A DNA stretch of 64,000 nt from an uncultured Bacteroidota bacterium (GCA_963733535.1 CAVTDR010000006.1:1505348-1569347); one strand, 5' to 3'; numbered from the stretch's first letter, positions 36,714-46,591 are shown. Made by a program: numbers and translations. The notes: generated by a model not told the origin, from the sequence alone.

Positions 36714-36741
36714 GGGTAAAGTTATATTAAAATGAAAAATG

Positions 36742-37026
36742 TTATTTAACGTTTGCTTTTACTTTATTCACAAAAGTCTTGGCAGGCTTAAACGAAGGGA
36801 TATTATGAGCAGGAATAATCAAAGTGGTGTTTTTGGAAATATTCCGTGCCGTTTTCTTTGCCCTTTTCTTAATAATAAAGCTACCAAATCCTCTGAGGTA
36901 GACGTTCTTATTAACAACCAGCGAGTCTTTTACAGCTTCCATAAAAGCTTCTACTGTCTTCTGAACAGTGATTTTCTCAATCCCGGTGTTTTTAGAGATT
37001 TCGTTTACAATATCCGCTTTCGTCAT
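36742..37026 (-). CDS. HU family DNA-binding protein
   Basis: The 94-aa protein reads MTKADIVNEISKNTGIEKITVQKTVEAFMEAVKDSL...GFGSF...RNISKNTTLIIPAHNIPSFKPAK. Confidence 0.9.
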   Translation of the reverse strand: MTKADIVNEISKNTGIEKITVQKTVEAFMEAVKDSLVVNKNVYLRGFGSFIIKKRAKKTARNISKNTTLIIPAHNIPSFKPAKTFVNKVKANVK

Positions 37027-37079
37027 TGTTAAAATTCTTTAATTATCAATTAATTAGATGTTTACAAAAATATGAGTTG

Positions 37080-37087
37080 CAAATATA
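37080..37087 (-). promoter_or_regulatory. Candidate -7 promoter box (TAnnTTTG) for HU
   Basis: On the minus strand, TATATTTG lies 54 nt upstream of the HU ATG. Confidence 0.35.
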
Positions 37088-37161
37088 AAGCATTTCCTCC
37101 GATAAATAAAATACTAAACCATTAATTTTGACAATCTTTATAAATAATAACCCAAAACATC

Positions 37162-38223
37162 ATGTTCATATCTGCTGCACTGCAAAAATGGTATCACCTA
37201 AATAAGAGAGATTTGCCATGGAGGAAGACAGGATCGCCATATCATATATGGCTTTCTGAGGTTATACTTCAGCAGACCCGCATTAACCAGGGAATTGGTT
37301 ATTATTATCGTTTTCTGGATGCTTTTCCGGATGTTCATAGCATGGCCGCTGCCTCTATAGACTATATTTTAAATATATGGAAGGGACTGGGTTATTATAA
37401 CCGCGCTGTTCATATGCATCTTACTGCACAAGAAATTGTTCAAAAATGGAATGGTATTTTTCCTGATGACTATGACAGATTGTTGGAGTTGAAAGGAATT
37501 GGACCCTATTCTGCTGCTGCTATTGCCTCTATTGCATTCAATCATCCATACGCTGTTGTCGATGGCAATGTTATACGGGTATTGTCCCGGCTTAATGCAC
37601 TGGATATTCCCATGGATGATGTTGCTGGCAGGAAAATCGTTCAGAATCAGGCAACTTCACTGCTGGATACAAAAAATCCGGGAATCCATAATCAGGCGAT
37701 GATGGAACTTGGGGCCCTTATTTGTCTTCCCCGTAATCCGAGTTGTTCAGAATGCCCATTATCTGCGTGGTGCAAGGCTTATATACAAAACAAGGTGCAG
37801 TTTTTTCCGGTTAAATCTTCCAGGACCAGAATTCGGGAACGACATCTGAATTACTTCTTTATTGAATCCGAAGGACAAACAGTTATAAAAAAGCGCACAG
37901 GTAAGGATATCTGGAAATATCTGTTTGAATTTCCGTTAATTGAAACAGAATGTATGACGGATTTGAACCATTTAAAGAAAACTGGTTCTTTCAAGGAATT
38001 ATTTGGAAAGGGAGCCTATCGCATTTCGGAATACCCTGTTTGTTATAAACACAAACTTACCCATCAACTCCTTTTGTGTTCCTTTTATCGGTTGGTTGCC
38101 GATCCACAGGAGTTCACCAGCAAAGGATACATACCGGTGGCCATCAAAAGTTTGAATAATTATGCATTCCCCGTTTTGATCAGCCGGTATTTGAACCATT
38201 TAAGCAAGGATTTAACAATATGA
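37162..38223 (+). CDS. mutY: A/G-specific adenine DNA glycosylase MutY
   Basis: It has a HhH-GPD region (LLELKGIGPYSAAAIASIAF) and a 4Fe-4S cluster loop (CLPRNPSCSECPLSAWC). The C-terminal domain is NUDIX-like. Confidence 0.9.
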   Translation: MFISAALQKWYHLNKRDLPWRKTGSPYHIWLSEVILQQTRINQGIGYYYRFLDAFPDVHSMAAASIDYILNIWKGLGYYNRAVHMHLTAQEIVQKWNGIFPDDYDRLLELKGIGPYSAAAIASIAFNHPYAVVDGNVIRVLSRLNALDIPMDDVAGRKIVQNQATSLLDTKNPGIHNQAMMELGALICLPRNPSCSECPLSAWCKAYIQNKVQFFPVKSSRTRIRERHLNYFFIESEGQTVIKKRTGKDIWKYLFEFPLIETECMTDLNHLKKTGSFKELFGKGAYRISEYPVCYKHKLTHQLLLCSFYRLVADPQEFTSKGYIPVAIKSLNNYAFPVLISRYLNHLSKDLTI

Positions 38224-38274
38224 AAAGGATTCATAATTTTTTTATAATTTTACTTTCAATTTAAATCAGATACC

Positions 38275-38709
38275 ATGTCAGTGAACAAAGTTATTTTAGT
38301 AGGTCATGTCGGACAGGATCCGGAAGTTCGTTATCTGGATAATAACACACCTGTTTGTACCCTCAGGCTGGCCACTAGTGATGTTTACAAAAACAAAAGC
38401 GGAGAACGCGTAACAACTACAGAATGGCATAGTGTTGTTTTATGGAGAGGACTGGCAGAAGTTGCTGATAAATATGTTAAAAAAGGGAGTCAGATTTTTG
38501 TTGAGGGTAAGTTGAGAACCCGTTCATGGGATGATAAGGATAAGAATAAAAGATATACCACCGAAATTGTTGCCGATGTTATGCAGTTATTAGGTAAAAA
38601 AGCCGATGATCCAGGCTCTGTTTCCCAACATCCTCCAACAAGTGAACAAAATTCCGCAGAACGGGCTTCTATGGAAGAACCTGATGTTACCAATGATTTG
38701 CCTTTTTAG
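38275..38709 (+). CDS. ssb: Single-stranded DNA-binding protein
   Basis: It has an OB fold ([21 protein letters not shown]...TEWH) and an acidic C-terminal tip ending DLPF. Confidence 0.9.
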   Translation: MSVNKVILVGHVGQDPEVRYLDNNTPVCTLRLATSDVYKNKSGERVTTTEWHSVVLWRGLAEVADKYVKKGSQIFVEGKLRTRSWDDKDKNKRYTTEIVADVMQLLGKKADDPGSVSQHPPTSEQNSAERASMEEPDVTNDLPF

Positions 38710-38715
38710 GACACG

Positions 38716-40071
38716 GTGATAATACAAATTCTTTCAACATTGGACGAAGAGCCATATTACCAGGTAATAGGCAGTATTTTTGATGTTACGGTGTACCCGT
38801 TTACCATAAATCTGTTGATAGCGATCATAGTGGTTTTGCTGTTACTTATCCTTTCAGCACTGGTGTCTGGTGCAGAGGCTGCTTTTTTTTCCCTTTCACC
38901 TTCTGAAATAAACCGGATAAAGTCTTCCAAACACAAAAGCGACCTGATCATTACACGCCTTCTGGGCATTCCGGAAAAATTACTGGCTACCATTCTGGTT
39001 ACAAATAACATGCTGAATATTGGTATCATCGTTATTTCTGCCTATGTCAGTTCTTCTCTTTTTGATTTTAGGAATTCACAAGTCCTCGGGTTTATCGTTG
39101 AAGTTGTAGTAATCACGCTCATTATTGTATTTTTCGGAGAAATTCTGCCTAAAATTTATTCCATACGTTATTCAGGTAAAGTAGCTGCTTTCATGGCTAT
39201 TCCTCTTGAAATTTCAGAAAAAATATTCAGGCCCCTTAATTTTTTGCTGATCAATTCCACCGCATGGATTCCACAACGCCTTTCGCATCAGAAGAAAAAT
39301 ATTTCCATCGATGAATTATCCGATGCACTTGATCTGACAAAGCATGGAATCAGCGAAGACCAGAAAATCCTAGAAGGTATCGTGAAATTTGGGAACATCA
39401 ATGCCAGTGAGATTATGACCCCACGCGTTGATATTGTCGGCACTTCTACACAAACCAGGTTTAAAAATCTGATTAGCAGTATTGTGGAATCGGGATATTC
39501 AAGAATTCCTGTATTTAACAGCCACCTTGATGATATTAAAGGAATTCTTTATATTAAAGATCTCCTGCCACATCTTGATAAACCCGATTCGTTTAACTGG
39601 CAGTCGCTGATGCGGCCTGCCTACTTTATTCCTGAATCCAAAATGATCAATGATCTGCTGAAGGAGTTTCAAACCAGCAAAATTCATATGGCTGTCGTCA
39701 TTGATGAATATGGGGGCACCTTGGGTATTGTAACCCTTGAGGATATACTTGAAGAAATAGTGGGTGAAATTACGGATGAATCGGATAGTGACGAAATTAC
39801 ACATACCAAAATTGACGACCGTAATTTCCTCTTTGAGGGCAAGGTATTGCTAAACGACTTTTTTAAAGTTTTTAATGCGGAAGAAGATATTTTCGATGGA
39901 ATTAAAGGTGAAGCAGATACTTTGGCAGGACTGATTCTGGAGTTAAAAGGTGAAATGCCAAGAAAAAATGAATCATTTACCTGTAAAGGTTTTACATTTA
40001 CGGTGAAATCTGTTGATCAACGAAGAATAAAACAAATACAGGTAACACTTGATAATAAGAACCTGAAATGA
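38716..40071 (+). CDS. gldE: Gliding-motility-associated protein GldE (DUF21-CBS-CorC_HlyC family)
   Basis: The start codon is GTG. It has an N-terminal DUF21 TM domain, a CBS pair and a CorC_HlyC C-terminus. The mutY-ssb-gldE-gldD synteny is known from Flavobacterium. Confidence 0.7.
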   Translation: MIIQILSTLDEEPYYQVIGSIFDVTVYPFTINLLIAIIVVLLLLILSALVSGAEAAFFSLSPSEINRIKSSKHKSDLIITRLLGIPEKLLATILVTNNMLNIGIIVISAYVSSSLFDFRNSQVLGFIVEVVVITLIIVFFGEILPKIYSIRYSGKVAAFMAIPLEISEKIFRPLNFLLINSTAWIPQRLSHQKKNISIDELSDALDLTKHGISEDQKILEGIVKFGNINASEIMTPRVDIVGTSTQTRFKNLISSIVESGYSRIPVFNSHLDDIKGILYIKDLLPHLDKPDSFNWQSLMRPAYFIPESKMINDLLKEFQTSKIHMAVVIDEYGGTLGIVTLEDILEEIVGEITDESDSDEITHTKIDDRNFLFEGKVLLNDFFKVFNAEEDIFDGIKGEADTLAGLILELKGEMPRKNESFTCKGFTFTVKSVDQRRIKQIQVTLDNKNLK

Positions 40072-40667
40072 GAAGCTTTAAACCTGTTGCTTTGATTACG
40101 GTACCTGTGGTGCTTTGTTTGTTTATCTGCATTCTGGCATCCGGTTGCAAAGAGCATTACACTCCAAAACCACGCAGTTATTTCCGGATTGACTTTCCTG
40201 CCAAAAAGTATATTGAATATCATGCTACAGATTGTGGTTATAGTTTTGAAATTCCGGATTATGCAAAAATTGTCCCCTTTAGCGGGTATCAAACAGAACC
40301 TTGTTGGATTAATATTGTTTTTCCCGGATATAAAGGAACCATTCATCTTACGTATAAACGAATTGAAAGGGATTTAAGCGAATATGCCGAAGATATTCAT
40401 ATACTTGCCTATAAACATACCATTAAGGCGGATGATATCATTGAAAAGCCTTTTTCTTATCCGGAAAGAAATGTGAGCGGAATAATATATGACATAAGAG
40501 GAAATACTGCTTCATCTTTAAGCTTTTATGCAACAGACAGCAGCAAACATTTTTTAAGTGGAGCACTTTATTTTAATGTTCGGCCAAACAAAGATTCTTT
40601 AGCCCCTGTGATCCGATTTTTTTCGGCCGATATTGAGCATCTGATACAAACATTGAACTGGAATTAA
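40068..40667 (+). CDS. gldD: Gliding-motility lipoprotein GldD
   Basis: It overlaps gldE by 4 nt. The lipobox is ILASGC, followed by KEHYTPKPRSYFRIDFP, which matches the GldD N-terminal signature I recall. Confidence 0.7.
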   Translation: MRSFKPVALITVPVVLCLFICILASGCKEHYTPKPRSYFRIDFPAKKYIEYHATDCGYSFEIPDYAKIVPFSGYQTEPCWINIVFPGYKGTIHLTYKRIERDLSEYAEDIHILAYKHTIKADDIIEKPFSYPERNVSGIIYDIRGNTASSLSFYATDSSKHFLSGALYFNVRPNKDSLAPVIRFFSADIEHLIQTLNWN

Positions 40668-40686
40668 CGAAATTATTCATACGTCC

Positions 40687-41328
40687 ATGGCAATACTATT
40701 GAATGAGCATTTAGAATGCGGCTGTCATTTGGGCATCTGGAAAATAACTGAAAATTACGACACTTTGCTTTCACGACTCACGTTGACCCGGGAAGAATTG
40801 GAAACCCTGGAACGTTTCAGTCATATGCCCCGAAAAATCGAATGGCTTAGTGTACGGGTTTTATTAAGTGAAATGACCAATAAAGAACTTTCCATTTATT
40901 ATAACGGCAACAGAAAACCTTTTATCAAAGGCAACTCTCACTTCATCAGCATCTCTCATTCAAGAGATTTGACTGCCATATTGTTAAGTCGTGATAAGAA
41001 AGTGGGTATTGATCTGGAATATATGTCGCATCGGATTGCCAGCATTTGCGACCGCTTTATCAATGATAATGATGTGATCACAACCGAGGATTCAGAATCT
41101 AGGAAATACCATTTATATATACACTGGTGTGCAAAGGAAGCTTTGTATAAGATTTGTGATAAACAAGATATTAATTTCAGGGACAGCCTTACCATTGAAC
41201 CTTTTAAACCGTTGGAGCGGGGTGTGATCAATGGCCGTGTGCAAAACAAATCGCGGGATGAAATTTTTGAGATGAACTATTTCTGTATGGGCAATTATGT
41301 AATTGTATGGACCTGTAAGGCGGCCTAA
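40687..41328 (+). CDS. 4'-phosphopantetheinyl transferase (Sfp-type) family protein
   Basis: It contains the KVGIDLE and WCAKEALYK motifs in 213 aa. Confidence 0.8.
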   Translation: MAILLNEHLECGCHLGIWKITENYDTLLSRLTLTREELETLERFSHMPRKIEWLSVRVLLSEMTNKELSIYYNGNRKPFIKGNSHFISISHSRDLTAILLSRDKKVGIDLEYMSHRIASICDRFINDNDVITTEDSESRKYHLYIHWCAKEALYKICDKQDINFRDSLTIEPFKPLERGVINGRVQNKSRDEIFEMNYFCMGNYVIVWTCKAA

Positions 41329-41341
41329 ACTACCCGGAACA

Positions 41342-42079
41342 ATGAATACCACTATTTATAATGCATTATTCGGTCAGAACAAAAAAATTTTCGCATTGCT
41401 TATTGATCCGGAAAGACAAGCATATGACGATCTGGAGAAAATAATTATTGCGGCTGATAAAGCAGTTGTAGATGTGATATTGGTTGGAGGAAGTCTTACT
41501 TCCGAGCCCATAGACAACACGCTCCTATTTGTGAAAAAAAGGACATCCATTCCTGTCGTTTTATTTCCCGGGAACTTGCTGCAATTAAGCGGAAAGGCGG
41601 ATGGCATATTACTTTTATCGTTGCTTTCAGGCAGAAATCCAGAATACCTCATTGGAAACCATGTTCTTGCTTCCCGGTTCCTGAAAAATTCGGGACTTGA
41701 AATAATACCAACCGGATATATTATGGTAGACGGGCATCAGGTTACCTCTGTTGAATATATCAGTAATACCCGTCCGATTCCCTCAGACAAACCTGATATT
41801 GTTGTAGCTACCGCATTAGCCGGTGAACAACTGGGATTAAAACTTATTTATCTGGAAGCCGGCAGTGGTGCGCAAGATGCGATAAATTCCGATGTGATTG
41901 CTTCTGTAATCAATAATTTAACCATACCCGTAATTGTAGGGGGTGGCATTTCGGATGCTGACGATATCCGAAGAATTTATAAATCAGGTGCCAATGGCGT
42001 AATTGTTGGTTCAGCCATTGAAAAAGACTACAGGCTTCTGGAAGTTTTAACTGATGTCCGGAATGAATTTAATGGATAA
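41342..42079 (+). CDS. Geranylgeranylglyceryl phosphate synthase family protein (PcrB/GGGPS)
   Basis: The tracked ORF starts at 41303, and the likely start is MNTTIYNAL at 41342. The TIM-barrel motifs DVILVGGS, VLFPG, IYLEAGSGA and VIVGGGI are typical of the GGGPS/HepGPS family. Confidence 0.8.
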   Translation: MNTTIYNALFGQNKKIFALLIDPERQAYDDLEKIIIAADKAVVDVILVGGSLTSEPIDNTLLFVKKRTSIPVVLFPGNLLQLSGKADGILLLSLLSGRNPEYLIGNHVLASRFLKNSGLEIIPTGYIMVDGHQVTSVEYISNTRPIPSDKPDIVVATALAGEQLGLKLIYLEAGSGAQDAINSDVIASVINNLTIPVIVGGGISDADDIRRIYKSGANGVIVGSAIEKDYRLLEVLTDVRNEFNG

Positions 42080-42246
42080 TTAGACTCCATTCATCAACAC
42101 ATCATTTGGTTTCACAGAATATTCTAAACAATGGATTGATTCTTGCGTATCAATAGTTAAACAGCACGATTCAGATAACAGGTTCTTAAAAAAATATAAA
42201 GGTTTGCCCAAGTTGGTTTAGTTAGTAGTTTTGTTTAATGTAAAAA

Positions 42247-42276
42247 AGAGTCATCAACGGATGACTCTTTTTTTTT
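42247..42276 (+). terminator. Rho-independent terminator
   Basis: The sequence agagtcatc-aacg-gatgactct forms a 9-bp perfect stem followed by TTTTTTTT. It lies 165 nt after the GGGPS stop. Confidence 0.75.
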
Positions 42277-42298
42277 ATTATTAGCGTATATTTATCTA

Positions 42299-42306
42299 TA
42301 TCTTTG
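42299..42306 (+). promoter_or_regulatory. Candidate -7 promoter box (TAnnTTTG)
   Basis: TATCTTTG lies 26 nt upstream of the ATG at 42332. Confidence 0.4.
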
Positions 42307-42331
42307 TAAGCCTTATTACTTCAACAAAAAA

Positions 42332-42718
42332 ATGACCTTAACCGAAAAAGTAAGGATTGATAAATGGCTCTGGGCAATGCGACTTTTTAAAACCCGCAGT
42401 CTTGCTACTGAAGCATGTAAAAAGGGAAGAATTATTATTCATGGAAATGAAGTAAAACCCTCCCATGAAGTGAAACCGGGAGAAATGATTTTTGTCCGTA
42501 AGCTGCCAGTTATTTACACGGTGAAAGTTCTGGCACTTACACAAAACAGACTCCCTGCCCAAAAGGTAAAAGAGTATTTGGAAGATTTAACTTCTCCTGA
42601 AGAGCTTGAAAAACTTAAAATAAAAGAGGATGCTTTTTTTATCAGAGATAAAGGCACCGGGCGTCCTACAAAAAAAGAAAGAAGATTGCTTGATGATATT
42701 TTTAATACTCCCGAATAA
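42332..42718 (+). CDS. RNA-binding S4 domain protein (Hsp15-like)
   Basis: The S4 motif is VRIDKWLWAMRLFKTRSLATEACKKGRIIIHGNEVKPSHEVKPGEMI. Confidence 0.8.
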   Translation: MTLTEKVRIDKWLWAMRLFKTRSLATEACKKGRIIIHGNEVKPSHEVKPGEMIFVRKLPVIYTVKVLALTQNRLPAQKVKEYLEDLTSPEELEKLKIKEDAFFIRDKGTGRPTKKERRLLDDIFNTPE

Positions 42719-42757
42719 CACAGGAAATACAATCAACCCAAAATTCACCGGATATTT

Positions 42758-43300
42758 ATGCTGATTGCCCAGGAAAAACGAAAAACAAATATTGCTGAGT
42801 ATATTTTATACATGTGGCAGGTAGAAGATTTGATCAGAGCTTACCAGTTTAATATGGATGAAATTGACACACATCTGATCTCTCAATATACCCAATCTGA
42901 AAGGGTTAAAAACGAAGTGCGCGACTGGTATGCCAATCTGATACTCATGATGTATCAGGAAGGAATACGGGAAAAGGGCCACCTGAGTTTCCTGAAAACC
43001 CTGATAGATGAAATTACAGATCTCCATATCCGGATCATTAATCTGGAAGGACATTCTGATTATCACAAAGCATTTTCAAGTGCTGCACCTTATCTGGAAG
43101 AATTCCGAAAAAAAACCAACAATCAACTTGCAGGCGATATTGAAATCAGTTTGAATGCCCTGTATGGTCTTTTATTGCTCAGGTTAAAAAAGAAACCGGT
43201 GAGTCATGAAACCGAACTGGCTATGGCCTCATTCAGCAAACTCATAGCCATGCTCTCAAAGATTTTTCTGGAAGTTGAAAGGGGAGAACGTGAGATTTAG
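42758..43300 (+). CDS. DUF4924 family protein
   Basis: The N-terminal pattern MLIAQEKRKTNIAEYILYMWQVEDLIRAYQFNMDEI matches what I recall for DUF4924. Confidence 0.65.
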   Translation: MLIAQEKRKTNIAEYILYMWQVEDLIRAYQFNMDEIDTHLISQYTQSERVKNEVRDWYANLILMMYQEGIREKGHLSFLKTLIDEITDLHIRIINLEGHSDYHKAFSSAAPYLEEFRKKTNNQLAGDIEISLNALYGLLLLRLKKKPVSHETELAMASFSKLIAMLSKIFLEVERGEREI

Positions 43301-43343
43301 GTTTCAGAAATTTTAGTTCGGTTTGGTTTTGGAAATAAAATTT

Positions 43344-43351
43344 TACATTTG
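43344..43351 (+). promoter_or_regulatory. Candidate -7 promoter box (TAnnTTTG) for tRNA-Val
   Basis: TACATTTG ends 12 nt upstream of the tRNA 5' end. Confidence 0.45.
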
Positions 43352-43363
43352 CACATGCAAAGG

Positions 43364-43438
43364 GGGCATTTAGCTCAGTTGGTTTAGAGCATTACCTTGA
43401 CAGGGTAGGGGTCACTGGTTCGAATCCAGTAATGCCCA
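43364..43438 (+). tRNA. tRNA-Val (anticodon GAC)
   Basis: I folded it by hand. The acceptor stem is gggcatt/aatgccc and the D stem is gctc/gagc. The anticodon stem ttacc/ggtag carries the loop TT-GAC-AG. The T arm is actgg-ttcgaat-ccagt and the discriminator is A. No CCA is encoded. Confidence 0.9.
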
Positions 43439-43594
43439 CAAAATGGAAAGCCGGTGGTGATATCCATGATCAGATTCAGGCTTTCTTGTTTTGAATGGAA
43501 AACAACCCGATGGATGTGTTATTATTGGTTTAATTGCCCTCGGGCGTTTGCAGTGAAATAACGTTTGTGAAAGATTCAACCAAAAACTAAGAAT

Positions 43595-44443
43595 ATGCGT
43601 TGGAAAGGACGTCAGCAGAGTGGCAATGTAGAAGACCGCCGTTCTTTTGGTGGTAAAAAAATGGTTGCAGGTGGAACTATTGGAACTATTGTGATCGTTG
43701 TAATTGTTTATCTTCTGGGGGGAAATCCAGGAGAGTTGCTCAATTCCATTCAAATGCCGGGAGTCTCTACTGGAGTTGCCGATTCATCCGTAATTCAGGC
43801 AGAGGAAGAACTTGCCCAATTTGCACTGGTTACCCTAAAAGATACAGAAGATATATGGAACGACCTTTTTAGCAAAATGGGAAAGGAGTATCGCGAACCG
43901 GTACTTGTATTGTTCTCAGGTTCCACTGAATCGGCCTGCGGATATTCTTCTTCAGCAACAGGCCCTTTCTACTGTCCGGGGGATGAAAAAGTGTATATTG
44001 ACCTCTCCTTTTTAAATGATCTTCAGACGAAGCTGGAGGCAGAAGGTGATTTTGCCATGGCCTATATCATTGCCCATGAGGTGGGACATCATGTGCAACG
44101 ACTTTTGGGTATTACCGATAAACTGGAAGAAATTCGGGGTAGCGTGGATGAAAAAGAATACAATGAATATTCTGTAAAGCTTGAGCTACAGGCTGACTTT
44201 TTTGCGGGTATATGGGCACATTATGCACAAAAAACCAAAAACATACTCGAAGAAGGAGATGTTGAAGAAGCTATAAATGCGGCATCTGCTGTAGGGGATG
44301 ATCGTATTCAAATGCAATCGCAGGGCCATATTGTTCCCGATGCATTTACGCATGGAACTTCAGAGCAACGCAAATCATGGTTTCTTAAAGGATTCAAAAC
44401 AGGATTACTGGAAAAAGGCGATACTTTTAAGGAGCAGATATAG
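43595..44443 (+). CDS. ypfJ: YpfJ-like neutral zinc metallopeptidase
   Basis: The N-terminus MRWKGRQQSGNVEDRR is followed by a TM helix. The HEVGHH zinc motif is present. Confidence 0.8.
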   Translation: MRWKGRQQSGNVEDRRSFGGKKMVAGGTIGTIVIVVIVYLLGGNPGELLNSIQMPGVSTGVADSSVIQAEEELAQFALVTLKDTEDIWNDLFSKMGKEYREPVLVLFSGSTESACGYSSSATGPFYCPGDEKVYIDLSFLNDLQTKLEAEGDFAMAYIIAHEVGHHVQRLLGITDKLEEIRGSVDEKEYNEYSVKLELQADFFAGIWAHYAQKTKNILEEGDVEEAINAASAVGDDRIQMQSQGHIVPDAFTHGTSEQRKSWFLKGFKTGLLEKGDTFKEQI

Positions 44444-46589
44444 CCTCCAGAAGAGGATTAGATTTGCCGGAGTTATGTATAATCAGCAGGGAAGGAAATT
44501 GATTTACAGGCAGATTGTGCTTGTCCTCCAAAATTCTCCAGTTTTCTTCTGATACCAATACAAGATCAATTGTTTGAAGAAAAGCAGGTTGTAATAAGCT
44601 TCCTGTAACAGGTACCATTGGAATTCCCGAATTATTGTAAGCATCGGCGGTGTCCTTGTTTTCAAGACCCCTGTGGTACGTATAAAATTTCTTACCATTA
44701 TTATAATTCAAGGCCCGTGCATAGTCAAAAACGAAATCATCTCCATTTCCAAAATATACAATCAGCATAGAGTTAATCCGGTTAAAATTGCGCTCGTTAA
44801 ACACCAACACATCACAGGGAGCTTCATTGATAATCCGTTTCAGAATTCCACCCAGTATATCCTTGCTGAATACCGTTCTTGCACTACCAAGGATAAGAAA
44901 ATCAGGTTTCTCAATCCGGCAAGTCTTCATGATTTCACCATATATTTCATTGGTGTTCACATAAATGGTGTTTAAAGTCAGCTTGTTTTTTTCAGCTACA
45001 TCACGGATCGACTTGAAGCTCTCTTTTTCGAAAATGCTGGCTTCATCAGGAGATAAATCACTACGTGGAGAAATGTGCAATGCCGTAAACAACGTATCCT
45101 TTATAGAGCGCATTACCAGCTGGCGCGTAACATTCAGCAGTGTTGCTCCCATTTTTGGATTCGCAAAAGAAAGCATCACTTTGTACATTTTGTTGGTTCC
45201 ATGTTGCTTTTCTTTCTTTGGGCGCAACCATTCAATCAGATTCAACCCCGGTCCGGTAATTACCGTAGTGATGAGCGCCATAAGCACAAGCATGGCAAAT
45301 ATTTCCGGGCTCAGTATACCCAACTCATATCCGATATTCAGAACAATCAGCTCCATCAGACCTTTGGCATTCATCAATACACTAAGGGTAAGCGAATGAT
45401 TCCAGTTGAGGCCTACATAACGGGAAGCCAGTAATGTTCCTCCAAATTTTCCAACAATAGCAACCCCGGTGATCAAAAGACAAATCATCCATAAATGCCC
45501 GGTATTGATCAGGCCGATTTCTGTTCGCAAACCGGTAGATACAAAAAATAACGGCAGCAAAACGACCAGAGACAGATCTTCAATTTTCTCAGTGAATACT
45601 CTTTTGAAATTCAGGTTTTCCGGCATGATCACACCAGCCATGAACGCACCGAACAGGGCGTGTATGCCAATAACCTCTGTAAGAAGGGATGAAACAAGAA
45701 TTAACAAAAATACCAAAGCAACAATGGGTTTAATCATAGCCTCACGACTCGAATACACATGACCAATTCTGTACATGATCGGCTTCACCACATAAAACAT
45801 CAGCAAAATATATAAAACCGAAAATACAATGGTTAGAAATGAATTGCTGAACCCTCCGGCCTTTACAATGGCAATAACAACAGCAAGCAAGCACCATGCT
45901 ACCACATCACCAATAGCTGCAACAGAAATAGCCATTACACCAACAGGAGTTTTTGTAAGCTTACGTTCCTGAACAATTCGTGCTAAAATAGGGAATGCAG
46001 TAATGCACATGGTAGTGCCCATAAACAAGGCAAAATAAATGAGTTGAAATTTGCCATCCGTAAATTCTCTGTGCAGATAATAGGCCAGCATAATGCCCGA
46101 AACAAATGGAATGACAATCCCGGCTGCGCTGATAAGCAGGGCTTTATTGGCCGATTTCTGGAACGCCTTTGTATCCAGTTCCATGCCGATGATAAACATA
46201 AAAAAAATCAAACCCAGCTGACTAAGCTGTTGCAACACATGAATCGACTGCTCCGGAAACAAAGTGGAAAAAGCATTGGGAAATAAAGCACCGAGTACCG
46301 AAGGTCCCAGAATAAGTCCCGCTACTATTTCCCCGATCACCAGGGGTTGCTGCATACGTTGAAAAAGATAACCCATTATCCGGGCTACCACCATAATTAC
46401 AATTAACTGAAGAATGAGAATGCCGGGAGCCTTCATCAACTTATCCGCAAAGTGCTGCAAATCAATGCCATGTTTAGTGCTTTTTACGGCTGAAAGGGAT
46501 TCAGCCGGCATATTGTTTAAAAACAGAAACCCTACAGCCACAAGGGCAAGCAGAATCAAAGCGCTATACAGATATAAAGGTTTCTTCAT
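44427..46589 (-). CDS. Cation:proton antiporter (CPA2-like) with C-terminal USP-like cytoplasmic domain
   Basis: A Na+/H+ exchanger TM domain of about 420 aa is followed by about 290 aa of soluble domain. The 3' end overlaps ypfJ convergently by 17 nt. Confidence 0.8.
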   Translation of the reverse strand: MKKPLYLYSALILLALVAVGFLFLNNMPAESLSAVKSTKHGIDLQHFADKLMKAPGILILQLIVIMVVARIMGYLFQRMQQPLVIGEIVAGLILGPSVLGALFPNAFSTLFPEQSIHVLQQLSQLGLIFFMFIIGMELDTKAFQKSANKALLISAAGIVIPFVSGIMLAYYLHREFTDGKFQLIYFALFMGTTMCITAFPILARIVQERKLTKTPVGVMAISVAAIGDVVAWCLLAVVIAIVKAGGFSNSFLTIVFSVLYILLMFYVVKPIMYRIGHVYSSREAMIKPIVALVFLLILVSSLLTEVIGIHALFGAFMAGVIMPENLNFKRVFTEKIEDLSLVVLLPLFFVSTGLRTEIGLINTGHLWMICLLITGVAIVGKFGGTLLASRYVGLNWNHSLTLSVLMNAKGLMELIVLNIGYELGILSPEIFAMLVLMALITTVITGPGLNLIEWLRPKKEKQHGTNKMYKVMLSFANPKMGATLLNVTRQLVMRSIKDTLFTALHISPRSDLSPDEASIFEKESFKSIRDVAEKNKLTLNTIYVNTNEIYGEIMKTCRIEKPDFLILGSARTVFSKDILGGILKRIINEAPCDVLVFNERNFNRINSMLIVYFGNGDDFVFDYARALNYNNGKKFYTYHRGLENKDTADAYNNSGIPMVPVTGSLLQPAFLQTIDLVLVSEENWRILEDKHNLPVNQFPSLLIIHNSGKSNPLLEAISAP

Positions 46590-46591
46590 AG

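Noticed and set aside
43412-43753. 113-aa minus-strand ORF
   Set aside because: It overlaps the tRNA-Val 3' end and the 5' part of the well-supported ypfJ gene, and it has no motifs.
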